Part shown: in pieces, positions 10,056 to 21,363 of the stretch
Layout of the letters: each line of letters starts with the position of its first letter
How positions within the stretch are numbered: the stretch's first letter is position 1
Source of the DNA: Thiotrichaceae bacterium
Lineage (GTDB): Bacteria > Pseudomonadota > Gammaproteobacteria > SZUA-140
Direction of reading: 5' to 3'
Length of the DNA: 64,000 nt
Assembly: GCA_002401765.2 (NCBI GenBank)
Contig: NVTY02000061.1
Span: 5,051-69,050, forward strand
The notes under the pieces: generated by a model
The model's database searches: none
The model's input: the letters and a program-made list of their open reading frames with translations, nothing else
Told to the model about the DNA's origin: nothing
Program-made: the position numbers and the translations under genes

Positions 10056-12437
10056 TTATTCTCTCAGTGTCGCCCCGAGGTTTTCATTGAGTGACGACAG
10101 CACCCGCACCACCACGCCGTCAATTTCACTGTCCATTAGAGTGCGTGAAAACTCCTGTAAGGTCAACCCTAATGCGACACTTTTTCTTCCTGAATCAACA
10201 CCTTTGCCTTGATACACATCAAACAACTGCAGCTCCTGTAAGAGGGCACCTGCGGCTGATCTCACACAATCGCTTATGCTCTGTGAGGATACATTTTCAT
10301 CGACAATGACGGCAATATCACGGCGTACTGCAGGAAATTTAGATAATTCGTGAAAGGCTGGCAAGGCCCTTTTAGCGATCACATCGTAGCTAATTTCGAA
10401 CAGAAAGGTGTTGCCTTCTAGTCCTGATTTTTTTGCAATTTCAGGGTGAAGTAATCCTAGATACCCACAAAGCACACCGCTTTTATCTCTAATCGCAGCA
10501 GATTGTCCGGGATGCAGTGCAGGATGTGCTTCAGCATTGAAGACAAATTCCTGATCTGAGGCTAGCGCCAACAACGCCTCGACATCGGCCTTGAGATCAA
10601 AGAAATCAATTTCACGCGCTTTTTGCCCCCACTGCTCAGCGGATTGATTGCCACATACCACACCAGCAACCACCTTCTCTTCTTTTCGCTGGTGCAACTC
10701 ACCACAAAATCTCACCCCAACCTCAAAGAAGCGAATACGTTTCTGTTGACGGTTTTGGTTGTAGCTAAGCGCTTGTAGTAACCCTGTCCAGAGCGTTGAG
10801 CGCATCACTGACATCTCTGCCGAAATTGGATTGGCTAGCTTAATCGCGGTTGCATCGGGGTTCAGCCGCAACTGCTGCTGCTCGTCAACAAAGCTATAGG
10901 TAATCGCTTCCTGGTAGTTTCGATCAACAAATAGCTGTCGAATGCGCGATGGGGTTACCAATGTCTCAGATGCTGCGTTGATTTGAATGCGAGCCACCGG
11001 CGGAATGCTCGGGATATTATCGTAACCAAAAATACGCGCCAACTCTTCAATCAAATCCGCTTCAATCGAAATATCAAAACGGAATGATGGCGCGACTGCG
11101 CACCACTCACCATTAGCCGAGCACTCAGTCTTCATCCCCAGGCGACTTAAAATTTCAGTCACATCATCTTTCGCCAGCTCAACGCCTAACAGTCGTTTAA
11201 GACGTGTCGCACGCAGCGTAACGGGCACTCGTTTGGGTAGCTGAGCAGCATTCACCACTTCTGTGATCGGCCCCACATCACCGCCAACAATCTCTTTCAG
11301 TAAGCGCGTCGCGCGCTCCAGCGCACGGCGCGGCAATTCATAGTCAACCCCGCGTTCAAAGCGGTGTGAGGCGTTCGTGTGTAAACCATAACGGCGTGCT
11401 TTACCGGCAATTACATCCGGGTCAAAAAAGGCGCTTTCCAAAAACAGATCAACGGTCTCATCTTCAACCGCACTATCACTCCCCCCCATTACTCCTGCCA
11501 GCGCTAATGGGCCATTTTGATCCGCTATCACCAGGGTATCCTTGGTTAGCTTGATGGTTTCATCGTTTAATAGCTTGACCTGTTCATCACTGTTGGCAAG
11601 GCGCACATTGATGCCACCGGAAAGTTTATTGAGGTCGAAGGCATGCATCGGCTGCCCGAGCTCAAGCATCACGTAATTGGTGACATCGACCACGGCACTA
11701 ATGCTGCGCACACCACTGCGACGCAGGCGTTCCTGCATCCACATCGGTGTTACCGCTTTAGGGTTAATGCCTTTCATTATACGTCCCAGATAACGTGGGC
11801 ACGCATGAGTCGCACCAATACTCACTGGGAATTGATCCGTAATGGTTGACTCAACGACAACCTCGGCCACTGCCGTTAATTCGCAACGATTGAGCACGCC
11901 CACTTCACGTGCAATACCCGAGATACTGAGGCAATCGCTTCGATTAGGGGTTAATCCCAATTCAAGTGTGACATCATCCAACTGAAGATAATCACGGATG
12001 TTAGCGCCAACAGGTGCATCACTTGGTAGCGGCATCAATCCATCGGCATTGTCAGCCAGGCCAATCTCCTGCTCAGAACAGAGCATTCCCATTGATGGCA
12101 CACCACGTAGCTTGGCCTTTTTAATCTTAAAGTTACCCGGTAGCACCGCACCCACACAGGCGGTCGGCACCAACATCCCCACATGTACATTCTTCGCCCC
12201 GCAAACGATTTGAAGTGGCTCCGCTTCACCGACATTAACAGTACAAATCTGTAATTTGTCGGCTTCAGGGTGAGATTCAACCGTTAATACTTCACCCACC
12301 ACAACACCGCTAAATGCCGCTGCAACAGGTGATTCAGCATCGACCTCAAGACCGGCCATGGTTAACTGTTTTGAAAGCGTTTCGATAGAGATGTCAGGAT
12401 TCACCCACTCTCTTAGCCACTGCACACTAAATTTCAT
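10056..12437 (-). CDS. pheT: Phenylalanine--tRNA ligase beta subunit
   Basis: [28 protein letters not shown]-terminal LRE. Confidence 0.98.
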   Translation of the reverse strand: MKFSVQWLREWVNPDISIETLSKQLTMAGLEVDAESPVAAAFSGVVVGEVLTVESHPEADKLQICTVNVGEAEPLQIVCGAKNVHVGMLVPTACVGAVLPGNFKIKKAKLRGVPSMGMLCSEQEIGLADNADGLMPLPSDAPVGANIRDYLQLDDVTLELGLTPNRSDCLSISGIAREVGVLNRCELTAVAEVVVESTITDQFPVSIGATHACPRYLGRIMKGINPKAVTPMWMQERLRRSGVRSISAVVDVTNYVMLELGQPMHAFDLNKLSGGINVRLANSDEQVKLLNDETIKLTKDTLVIADQNGPLALAGVMGGSDSAVEDETVDLFLESAFFDPDVIAGKARRYGLHTNASHRFERGVDYELPRRALERATRLLKEIVGGDVGPITEVVNAAQLPKRVPVTLRATRLKRLLGVELAKDDVTEILSRLGMKTECSANGEWCAVAPSFRFDISIEADLIEELARIFGYDNIPSIPPVARIQINAASETLVTPSRIRQLFVDRNYQEAITYSFVDEQQQLRLNPDATAIKLANPISAEMSVMRSTLWTGLLQALSYNQNRQQKRIRFFEVGVRFCGELHQRKEEKVVAGVVCGNQSAEQWGQKAREIDFFDLKADVEALLALASDQEFVFNAEAHPALHPGQSAAIRDKSGVLCGYLGLLHPEIAKKSGLEGNTFLFEISYDVIAKRALPAFHELSKFPAVRRDIAVIVDENVSSQSISDCVRSAAGALLQELQLFDVYQGKGVDSGRKSVALGLTLQEFSRTLMDSEIDGVVVRVLSSLNENLGATLRE

Positions 12438-12445
12438 ATAAATTT

Positions 12446-12559
12446 AGGGAAAAGATACCAGGGTAAAGAGTAAAGATAACAAGCGAGTAGTCAAAATATT
12501 CTAGCCACAATGCTTTTATCTCTATCCCTTCCCTCTTTTTCCTTTCCCCTTTCCCCTTA
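12446..12559. repeat. Degenerate purine-rich / pyrimidine-rich heptamer arrays forming a long imperfect hairpin in the pheS-pheT spacer
   Basis: TAGGGAA AAGATAC CAGGGTA AAGAGTA AAGATAA ... TTATCTC TATCCCT TCCCTCT TTTTCCT TTCCCCT TTCCCCT. Confidence 0.6.
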
Positions 12560-12563
12560 TTTA

Positions 12564-13613
<1,050 letters not shown>

Positions 13614-13628
13614 CTATCTAAACCCAAC

Positions 13629-13660
13629 AAAAAAGGGGAAAGGCATAGGCCTTTCCCCTC
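13629..13660 (-). terminator. Rho-independent terminator after rplT
   Basis: Minus strand AGGGGAAAGGC-CTAT-GCCTTTCCCC followed by a T run. Confidence 0.8.
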
Positions 13661-13726
13661 TCTGTTTGTTTTTAAACCCAAGGCATCCAATAATACTCGG
13701 GGATAAAAACGGTGTTGCTGTCAGTA

Positions 13727-14080
13727 TTAGAGGCTGGCCTTTGCTTTTTCTGCAATAGCAGCAAAAGCAACCTTGTCAAATACGGCTAAATCAGCAAGCA
13801 CTTTACGATCAATCTCGATAGCCGCTTTCTTCAGACCGTTAATAAAACGGCTGTATGAAAGACCACACTCTCTGGCTTGTGCATTGATACGGACAATCCA
13901 AAGTGCACGAAACTGGCGCTTTTTCTGGCGACGATCGCGATAGGCATACTGACCCGCTTTGGTGACTGCCTGTACAGCAACACGATAGACGTTTTTACGA
14001 CGTCCACGGTAGCCTTTCGCTTGCTTTAATATTTTTTTGTGTCTGGCGTGAGCGGTGACACCACGTTTTACTCTAGGCAT
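13727..14080 (-). CDS. rplT: 50S ribosomal protein L20
   Basis: MPRVKRGV...[17 protein letters not shown]. Confidence 0.99.
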   Translation of the reverse strand: MPRVKRGVTAHARHKKILKQAKGYRGRRKNVYRVAVQAVTKAGQYAYRDRRQKKRQFRALWIVRINAQARECGLSYSRFINGLKKAAIEIDRKVLADLAVFDKVAFAAIAEKAKASL

Positions 14081-14097
14081 GTCTAATCACTCCTCGC

Positions 14098-14295
14098 TTA
14101 ACTGTAAGGCAACATACGGCTGACCATTTTGGTATCAGCCGGACAAATAATGGCAGCAACACGTAGATGACGCTTACGCTTGGTGGTCTTTTTCGTCAAA
14201 ATATGGCTACGGTGTGATTGTCCGCGCTTAAAGGAACCAGATGCTGTGCGCTTAAAGCGCTTAGCAGCTCCACTGTGACTCTTGATCTTTGGCAT
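14098..14295 (-). CDS. rpmI: 50S ribosomal protein L35
   Basis: [15 protein letters not shown]...HILTKK. Confidence 0.99.
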   Translation of the reverse strand: MPKIKSHSGAAKRFKRTASGSFKRGQSHRSHILTKKTTKRKRHLRVAAIICPADTKMVSRMLPYS

Positions 14296-14357
14296 TACTT
14301 ATAACTCCGCATTTGATCTTAATAATTTTGACCCTGCTGAAAATACAGTTGGGCAAG

Positions 14358-14879
14358 CTATTTCTTTTTAACGGGGGCTAGCACCATCACCATCTGGCGC
14401 CCTTCCATCCGTGGAAATTGCTCAACCGTCCCGAGTTCTTTCAGGTCGACTTCAATCCTTTGCAACAATTTTCGGCCTATCTCCTGATGAGCCATTTCGC
14501 GGCCACGGAATCTTAACGTGACCTTTGCCTTATCCCCGGCATCTAGAAAGCGAGTCAGGTTGCGTAGTTTTACCTGATAGTCGCCCTCTTCCGTCCCTGG
14601 TCGAAATTTTACTTCTTTTACCTGAATCTGTTTCTGCTTTTTCTTCGCAGCATGTTTCTTTTTGCTAAGCTCAAATAGATGCTTGCCAAAGTCCATAATT
14701 CGACAGACTGGCGGCTCTCCATTGGGTACGATCTCAACGAGATCCAGTTCAGCCTCTTCGGCCATCTTCATTGCATCATTGATTGCAACAACACCTGCTT
14801 GTTCGCCAGCGGCGTCAATCAAACGTACTTGCGGTACGTTGATTTCGTCATTTAGGCGCAGATCTTTTTCTCCAGCGAT
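14358..14879 (-). CDS. infC: Translation initiation factor IF-3 (non-canonical ATC start)
   Basis: Frame extends upstream of the track ORF to ATC at 14879 ([13 protein letters not shown]), 3 nt after the thrS stop, with GGAGG SD; KEVKFRP, FRGRE motifs. Confidence 0.95.
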   Translation of the reverse strand: MAGEKDLRLNDEINVPQVRLIDAAGEQAGVVAINDAMKMAEEAELDLVEIVPNGEPPVCRIMDFGKHLFELSKKKHAAKKKQKQIQVKEVKFRPGTEEGDYQVKLRNLTRFLDAGDKAKVTLRFRGREMAHQEIGRKLLQRIEVDLKELGTVEQFPRMEGRQMVMVLAPVKKK

Positions 14880-14882
14880 TTC

Positions 14883-16808
14883 CTATTCCTCCAAAACAGC
14901 ATGGCCGTGGCTCGCGATATCGGCATTAATATGATCTATAAAGGCATCAAGGGTCATGCTTCCAAGATCGTCGCCACTTCGCGTGCGCACAGCCACGAGA
15001 TTACCATCGACTTCCCGATCCCCAATCACCAGCAAGTATGGTACACGTTGTAGTGTATGTTCCCGGATTTTAAAGCTTATCTTCTCATTTCTCAAGTCCG
15101 ATTTCGCTCTAAGACCACGATCAATCAAGCTTTTGGTCACTTTCCCCACATATTCGGACTGTTTATCGGTAATATTGAGCACCACCACATGCTGTGGTGA
15201 GAGCCAGGTGGGGAAAAAACCGGCGTGCTCTTCGATCAAAATCCCAATAAAACGCTCCAGTGAACCCAAAATCGCACGGTGCAACATGACCGGCACCTGC
15301 TTGGAGCCATCTTCAGCAATAAACTGTGCATCAAGGCGCCCAGGCATCGAAAAATCGACCTGAATGGTGCCGCACTGCCACACACGCCCCAGGCAATCCT
15401 TTAGTGAAAATTCAATCTTAGGGCCATAAAATGCACCTTCACCCGGTTGTAGATCCCAGTCCAGGCCCTTCGCATTCAACGCCTCTTCAAGCGCATGCTC
15501 CGATTTATCCCACTCAGCATCATCGCCCACGCGGTTTTCTGGGCGGGTCGAGAGTTTAATAATGATGTCATTAAAACCAAAATCAGCGTAAACCTGATAC
15601 AGCAGATCAATAAAGGCAGAGACCTCACTCTGAATTTGCGCTTCAGTACAAAAAATATGGGCATCATCCTGCACAAAGTTGCGTAGGCGCATCAGGCCAT
15701 GCAACGTTCCTGATGGCTCATTCCGCAAGCAAGAACCAAATTCAGCCATCCGTAATGGCAGATCACGATAGCTCTTCAGCCCTTGGTTGTAGATCTGAAC
15801 GTGACATGGGCAGTTCATCGGTTTGATCGCGTATTCGCGATTTTCCGAATGAGTGGTAAACATATCGTCACTGAATTTTTCCCAGTGGCCAGATTTAACC
15901 CATAGCGATTTATCCACTACCTGTGGCGTGCGCACCTCAGAATAGTCATTTCTCTTCAACACGTTACGGATATATTGTTCGACCTCGCGGTAGATCGTCC
16001 AACCGTTGTCATGCCAGAAAATCATCCCTGGTGCCTCTTCCTGGATGTGGTAGAGATCGAGTTTTTTGGCTATTTTGCGGTGATCACGTTTGCCGGCCTC
16101 TTCAAGGCGATGTAGGTAGCCCTTGAGCGCCTTTTTATCCTTCCAGGCAGTACCGTAGATACGTTGCAGCATTTCATTGTTTGAATCACCCCGCCAGTAG
16201 GCGCCCGCCAACTTCATCAGTTTAAAGTGTTTTAGCTTACCGGTACTCGGCGCATGCGGGCCGCGACAAAGATCGATGAAATCCCCTTGCTGATAAAGTG
16301 ATAGCGCTTCATTGAGCGGAATTGCTTCAATCAACTCAGCTTTGTACTCCTCTCCCTTGTCACGGAAAAAACCGATCGCCTCTTCACGCACCATCACGCT
16401 ACGTGTGATGGGAAGATTTTGAGAGACCAGCTCGCTCATCTTCTTTTCAATCGCAGTCAGATCTTCCGGGGTAAAACTCTTTTCATAAGCGAAATCGTAA
16501 TAAAAGCCATCTTCAATCACCGGACCGATGGTCACTTGTGCCGCAGGAAATAGCAGTTTCACCGCCTGTGCCATCAGATGAGCAGTCGAGTGACGAATGA
16601 TCTCCAGCCCTTCTTCATCACGATCAGTAATGATCACCACACTGACATCTTTTTCGATCAGGGTTGAGGCATCAACCAGCACCCCATCAATCTTGCCTGC
16701 GAGGGTTGCTTTGGCAAGCCCAGCACCGATTGATGCGGCGACATCCATCAACGTGAGCGCCTGCTCGAATGGGCGTTGATTACCATCTGGAAGTGTTACT
16801 GTAGGCAT
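14883..16808 (-). CDS. thrS: Threonine--tRNA ligase
   Basis: [39 protein letters not shown]. Confidence 0.99.
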   Translation of the reverse strand: MPTVTLPDGNQRPFEQALTLMDVAASIGAGLAKATLAGKIDGVLVDASTLIEKDVSVVIITDRDEEGLEIIRHSTAHLMAQAVKLLFPAAQVTIGPVIEDGFYYDFAYEKSFTPEDLTAIEKKMSELVSQNLPITRSVMVREEAIGFFRDKGEEYKAELIEAIPLNEALSLYQQGDFIDLCRGPHAPSTGKLKHFKLMKLAGAYWRGDSNNEMLQRIYGTAWKDKKALKGYLHRLEEAGKRDHRKIAKKLDLYHIQEEAPGMIFWHDNGWTIYREVEQYIRNVLKRNDYSEVRTPQVVDKSLWVKSGHWEKFSDDMFTTHSENREYAIKPMNCPCHVQIYNQGLKSYRDLPLRMAEFGSCLRNEPSGTLHGLMRLRNFVQDDAHIFCTEAQIQSEVSAFIDLLYQVYADFGFNDIIIKLSTRPENRVGDDAEWDKSEHALEEALNAKGLDWDLQPGEGAFYGPKIEFSLKDCLGRVWQCGTIQVDFSMPGRLDAQFIAEDGSKQVPVMLHRAILGSLERFIGILIEEHAGFFPTWLSPQHVVVLNITDKQSEYVGKVTKSLIDRGLRAKSDLRNEKISFKIREHTLQRVPYLLVIGDREVDGNLVAVRTRSGDDLGSMTLDAFIDHINADIASHGHAVLEE

Positions 16809-16881
16809 TTGCGGCTCTGGAATATCCGGCTAACTATAAAAAAGCACCGTATATCGCGTTGATAAACAGTGCCATAAAGTC

Positions 16882-16958
16882 TGGTAGACGCGATTGGATT
16901 CGAACCAACGACCCCCACCATGTCAAGGTGGTGCTCTAACCAGCTGAGCTACGCGTCT
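16882..16958 (-). tRNA. tRNA-Val(GAC)
   Basis: Reverse complement AGACGCGTAGCTCAGCTGGTTAGAGCACCACCTTGACATGGTGGGGGTCGTTGGTTCGAATCCAATCGCGTCTACCA. Confidence 0.97.
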
Positions 16959-17059
16959 TCGTAGACGGCGTAAGATACAGGACTTAGCCCACTAATTTCA
17001 AGCAATAAAAGGAGTTAGCGCTATTTATTTTGGTAAAAATGGCAAAAAGATAACCGGCA

Positions 17060-17758
17060 CTACTGGTCACTCGCAATACGGCGCGTCAAACGATAGCCGT
17101 GGTGATAGATTGATTCTAGCTGCCAGCCGTTTTCAGGGGCCAACCCTAGCTTTTTCCGTAAACGACTGACATGGGTATCGATTGTTCGTGTGGTGATATC
17201 CGCATTGATTCCCCACACCGTTTCAAGTAGTGACTCTCGGCTCAAAATATGGCCAATTTCATTAAAAAAACAGACTGCAAGATCAAATTCTTTTGAGGTT
17301 AAGTTGACCAATTTTCCAGCAGATGTGATCGTCCGCTCACGCACATCAATCACGAATGCTCCCAATGCAAGTTGCTGAACATCAATCGCCGCAGATGAAT
17401 AACGGCGTGCCATCGCAGTAATACGCGCCAGCATCTCTTTAGGATCGACAGGTTTGACCATGTAATCATCCGCACCCATCTCTAATGCGGTAACAATATC
17501 TTCTTTATCATCTCTGGTAGTCGTGAAAAGTACCGGGGTTTGCCAGCAATATTGCTGGCGAATACGCTGTAGCACCCCAATCCCACTAATCCCCGGTAGC
17601 TCCCAGTCAAGAATAAACAGGCCGTAACTATCCCCATCAACACTATCAAGAAATTCTTCGCCAGTACTAAAGTGATCACAGTGATGGCCACTCATTTCCA
17701 GCAATGTCTTGATTAAGCGAGCTTGATACGGCTCATCTTCGAGTAACGCAATCTTCAA
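17060..17758 (-). CDS. Orphan OmpR-family response regulator
   Basis: LLEDE, LDWELPG, GADDYMVKP, TRTIDTHVSRLRKKL; no adjacent kinase. Confidence 0.92.
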   Translation of the reverse strand: MKIALLEDEPYQARLIKTLLEMSGHHCDHFSTGEEFLDSVDGDSYGLFILDWELPGISGIGVLQRIRQQYCWQTPVLFTTTRDDKEDIVTALEMGADDYMVKPVDPKEMLARITAMARRYSSAAIDVQQLALGAFVIDVRERTITSAGKLVNLTSKEFDLAVCFFNEIGHILSRESLLETVWGINADITTRTIDTHVSRLRKKLGLAPENGWQLESIYHHGYRLTRRIASDQ

Positions 17759-18014
17759 GCGTTGGTTCTCCCCCGCAGGATTATCTGTGTATAATTTAAC
17801 AGAAATAAGTACAGATTAGTAACGAATAAGATTAGATAATTGGAATGTTAGATAAACGACATGACATTTAATAAAACCGTTACGCGATGGAGGTCGATCA
17901 AGAGCGGGTTTATCACCATAAACAGCCACTAGACTGGACAAATCAGCGACTATCATTCATATTTCCGCTTCAATTATCGATATTTCTTGTATCAAAATTT
18001 CAAAGAGAAACTCA

Positions 18015-19055
18015 ATGTCTGAATCATGGGATAAAAATAAAAGTAACGATAGCTGGGCGCTACCAGAAGGCATGGATCCAATGAAGGTGATGCAGGTTGC
18101 ATCTGGCTACTGGCATTCTTGCGCACTGCATGCGGCCAACCGATTAGATATTTTTAATCTGTTGGATGGCGCCTCCAAAACGCTTGATGAGCTGACCGCC
18201 GCAACGGGTGCAGATCGTCGCTGCCTGGGTGGGCTATTAAGTGCGCTTGTTGCGATCGATTTTCTTGCACGCGATGGTGATACCTTCAGCAACAACCAGT
18301 TTGGAAAAACCTTCCTCACCAGTTCTAGCCAGTTTTACCAGGGCGGTATCGTCTATATGTTTGAAAACTGGTATGAGGCATGGGGTGGTCTATACAACAC
18401 CGTGATGACAGGAAAACCATCCGCACTGATGCATCAGGAATACTCAGATCAGGAGACCCGAGACTACATGATGGGGATGCATAACCGCGCACTTTCTCAG
18501 TCAGACGTACTGACTGGCATGGTTGACCTAAAGGGTAAAAAACGACTGATGGATGTTGGCTGTGGCCCGTCCACTTTCTCAGTTAAGTTTTGTGAACGCT
18601 ACGAAGGTCTTAATGCTGTGGCAATGGATCGCGCGCAAAACCTGGAAATTGCGCAGGAAATCGTTAACCAATTCAACATGCAAGACCGCGTGGAGCTACG
18701 TGCTGGTGATTACAATGCTGACAGCCTTGGCGATAATAATGATGCGATGTTGCTTTCATCGATGACTAACCAGGAATCGCCCGAAAACATTAAGAAGCTG
18801 CTGCTGAAATGTTATGACTCGATGAACAAAGATGGTGTCATCATGATTCAAGAACAGCTATTAAATCCAGAGAAAAATGGGCCAGAGCTTGCCGCAATGA
18901 TCGGTGTTAATCAGATCATCAACACCATTGGTGGTTCGTCTTATTCAACCACTGAAATGAAAGCGATTATGAATGACGTTGGTTTTGTTGAGATTAAAGC
19001 GGAACAGATGCCTGCCCCTAGCCCTTTTATGTTACTGACTGGCTATAAACGTTAA
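18015..19055 (+). CDS. SAM-dependent methyltransferase, O-methyltransferase family 2 (dimerisation domain plus Rossmann fold)
   Basis: N-terminal GYWHSCALHAANRLDIF dimerisation helix; MDVGCGP SAM motif; AGDY. Confidence 0.85.
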   Translation: MSESWDKNKSNDSWALPEGMDPMKVMQVASGYWHSCALHAANRLDIFNLLDGASKTLDELTAATGADRRCLGGLLSALVAIDFLARDGDTFSNNQFGKTFLTSSSQFYQGGIVYMFENWYEAWGGLYNTVMTGKPSALMHQEYSDQETRDYMMGMHNRALSQSDVLTGMVDLKGKKRLMDVGCGPSTFSVKFCERYEGLNAVAMDRAQNLEIAQEIVNQFNMQDRVELRAGDYNADSLGDNNDAMLLSSMTNQESPENIKKLLLKCYDSMNKDGVIMIQEQLLNPEKNGPELAAMIGVNQIINTIGGSSYSTTEMKAIMNDVGFVEIKAEQMPAPSPFMLLTGYKR

Positions 19056-19077
19056 GCAACCTAATCTGCAACAAAAC

Positions 19078-19111
19078 AAAAAGCCCGGATCACATGATCC
19101 GGGCTTTTTTT
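19078..19111. terminator. Bidirectional Rho-independent terminator
   Basis: AAAAAGCCCGGATCA-CA-TGATCCGGGCTTTTTT between convergent genes. Confidence 0.9.
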
Positions 19112-19131
19112 ACACCTTTTAATCAATAAAC

Positions 19132-19524
19132 TTAAGCAGACGCTTTAATCTCTTCTGTGACCTCGACCTTATCCCTGCTAACAATTGGTTTTTTAGGCGC
19201 AGGCCACTTGCCGAATGGAAATGGTTTTTCATCCGTCTGATACGTTTGAAATTTAGCAATTAATGCCACATATTGCGAAATGCTATCACCAAATGCCATT
19301 AATTTAGGCTGATGCTCGCCTTGTGAAATACGATAAACAAACTGCATCAACATGGTCAATCCAATAACAAACTCACTTATTCGAAGTGCTATCCAGAACA
19401 GCACCATAAAAACAAGCCTTAACCACTGCTCGCCCAAATCACTCTTTTTATCGGCTGCTACATCCCCAGGTGAAACTGTTTCTGCGGTACTATCGATTGC
19501 TTGCCCTTCTTCGTGCTGACTCAT
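19132..19524 (-). CDS. DUF4389 family membrane protein
   Basis: WLRLVFMVLF...FGDSISQY...FQTYQTDEKPFPFGKWP. Confidence 0.85.
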   Translation of the reverse strand: MSQHEEGQAIDSTAETVSPGDVAADKKSDLGEQWLRLVFMVLFWIALRISEFVIGLTMLMQFVYRISQGEHQPKLMAFGDSISQYVALIAKFQTYQTDEKPFPFGKWPAPKKPIVSRDKVEVTEEIKASA

Positions 19525-19963
19525 GACTCCCCCTTTATCGTTGATTAACAGATTGAATCTAAGACGCTATGCGTTGAAACAACCCGACACAAGCGTTGAA
19601 CATATGAAAAACGCCATCCATGTGAAGCGACTTTACACAAAAATCGACCACGGCGTCATCTTAAATTGTCTGTTGCTAGCAGTAGCAAGCGCCCTCTTCT
19701 CAACGGGGGCACACGATGAATGAAGAACATAATAAAACACAACAAGATAGATGTACTTTCGTTAATAGTACTTGATGCAGAGATTGTTTTTTGACACAAG
19801 CTGTCAGTGTCGCAAACACTTTAGGGCGTAGCCCGCAAACGTACGAGATCAAGAACCGTACCATATTTTCGATTTTACTCGCCTAAAATACCATCGCATA
19901 ATACATAGCTTTGGAGGCTTAAAAGAAGCACCATGATTGGCATCGATGATTCTCTGCTGCGAA

Positions 19964-20767
19964 TTATTTGGCATCAATCTTGGCTATGTTGCTCACAAAC
20001 GCTTCAAACTCAATGTTGTATTTACCTTGGCACTGACTTGCTCTCGCTTGTAACTGTGTCATATTCAGGACACTGGGTGACTTAAACGCAAACAGCAAAA
20101 TATTTTTTTGATTTTTAAAGGCCATACATAGGCTGATATTTGAGAAAGAGCACCGCAATGCGGTCAGAGTATCCGTGAACTCTTTTTCATTTTTGACGAG
20201 CAGGTTGATGACCAGCACCCCGCTCGATGACAAGTGATGAAAACAGCGCGCCATAAAAGCCGGGGTATGCATAAAATTAGGTAGCGCATCCCCGTCATGA
20301 AGATCAACAAGCATCACGTTGACATTTTTCTTCTTGATTCTTTTTAAATAGGCAAAGGCATCCGCAATTTCTATATTGACCTGAGCCTTTGGCGGAAAGG
20401 GAGATAAAGCAAAATATTTTTCCCCAATTTTTACTACTTTATCATTAATTTCGACGGCCGTTATTTCAAGCCCTGGAAACCAATGAGTGAGAAAATGAAT
20501 GATACTGCCACCGCCCAGGCCCAATAGCAGCATGGATTGTGGTTGCGGCTGGAAAATCAAAAAACTCATCATTGCTCGAGTGTGTGGTAGCAGTAATTTC
20601 TCTTTTTGAACCATATCTAACTGGCTTTGTATCGCAAGCTTATCTTGAATATATAGAGAACGTACACTGCCATCCTGCCATACTTCAAGATTCCCCCAGG
20701 GTGTCTCCTCAGCAACTAGCATCTGTTTTTTAACTTTCAATAGCGACCTCTTTTTGGAGAGTATCAA
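19964..20767 (-). CDS. Spermidine synthase-like SAM methyltransferase
   Basis: QSQLDM, LLLGLGGGS, VEIN, ADAF, GVLVIN. Confidence 0.82.
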   Translation of the reverse strand: MILSKKRSLLKVKKQMLVAEETPWGNLEVWQDGSVRSLYIQDKLAIQSQLDMVQKEKLLLPHTRAMMSFLIFQPQPQSMLLLGLGGGSIIHFLTHWFPGLEITAVEINDKVVKIGEKYFALSPFPPKAQVNIEIADAFAYLKRIKKKNVNVMLVDLHDGDALPNFMHTPAFMARCFHHLSSSGVLVINLLVKNEKEFTDTLTALRCSFSNISLCMAFKNQKNILLFAFKSPSVLNMTQLQARASQCQGKYNIEFEAFVSNIAKIDAK

Positions 20768-20833
20768 CGATACTATCGACTAAATTTAAACGAGAAAATG
20801 GGGCGGCATGGCTGCTATGTCCACTCATCCCTT

Positions 20834-21316
20834 CTACTGGCCCGAATAATAAACCCCGCCTTTATACTTTTTCCCATCTATTGTTTTAAACAGAACCATC
20901 ATCTGATGCCTGCCTTCATGACCTAAGTCATAACCGGCCATTAACCAATCACCCATCCTCATCGTGTTTTTTGTTTCTGACTCACCGTTGGGATGTATCA
21001 CTTTGGTGTTCATGGTGATGTTGGTCAGCGCCTTCCCTCCGCTCTCTACTTTGATCATAAAATCATGGCTCCCTCCCATCTCCTTACCCGGCTTGGCTTT
21101 CATAATATGAAAACTAACGTCGAAACCATCAATCTCTTTTTTCTTCAAAAACATTTTATTCATGGCTGAATCGTGGTGATCATCACCCATACCAGCACCA
21201 TGATCATGATCATGATCATGATCACTAGAGGCGTATAAAGGCCCGGTTATTATCAACAAAGCAGCAAAGGTAATAGCCGATAAAAGTACTCGCTGTTTTT
21301 GGATAGGATTATTCAT
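20834..21316 (-). CDS. Exported His/Met-rich putative metal-binding protein, last gene of the cus operon
   Basis: Signal peptide then DHDHDHDHGAGMGDDHH; Met-rich; co-oriented right after cusA. Confidence 0.7.
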   Translation of the reverse strand: MNNPIQKQRVLLSAITFAALLIITGPLYASSDHDHDHDHGAGMGDDHHDSAMNKMFLKKKEIDGFDVSFHIMKAKPGKEMGGSHDFMIKVESGGKALTNITMNTKVIHPNGESETKNTMRMGDWLMAGYDLGHEGRHQMMVLFKTIDGKKYKGGVYYSGQ

Positions 21317-21363
21317 TGATCACTCCATTGTCAAAAATCACATCTAAAATAGATGGTTAATAT

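Noticed and set aside
19525-19963. Possible riboswitch or small gene in the 440-bp intergenic region
   Set aside because: No match to aptamer consensus sequences I can recall; the 66-aa plus ORF has no motif.
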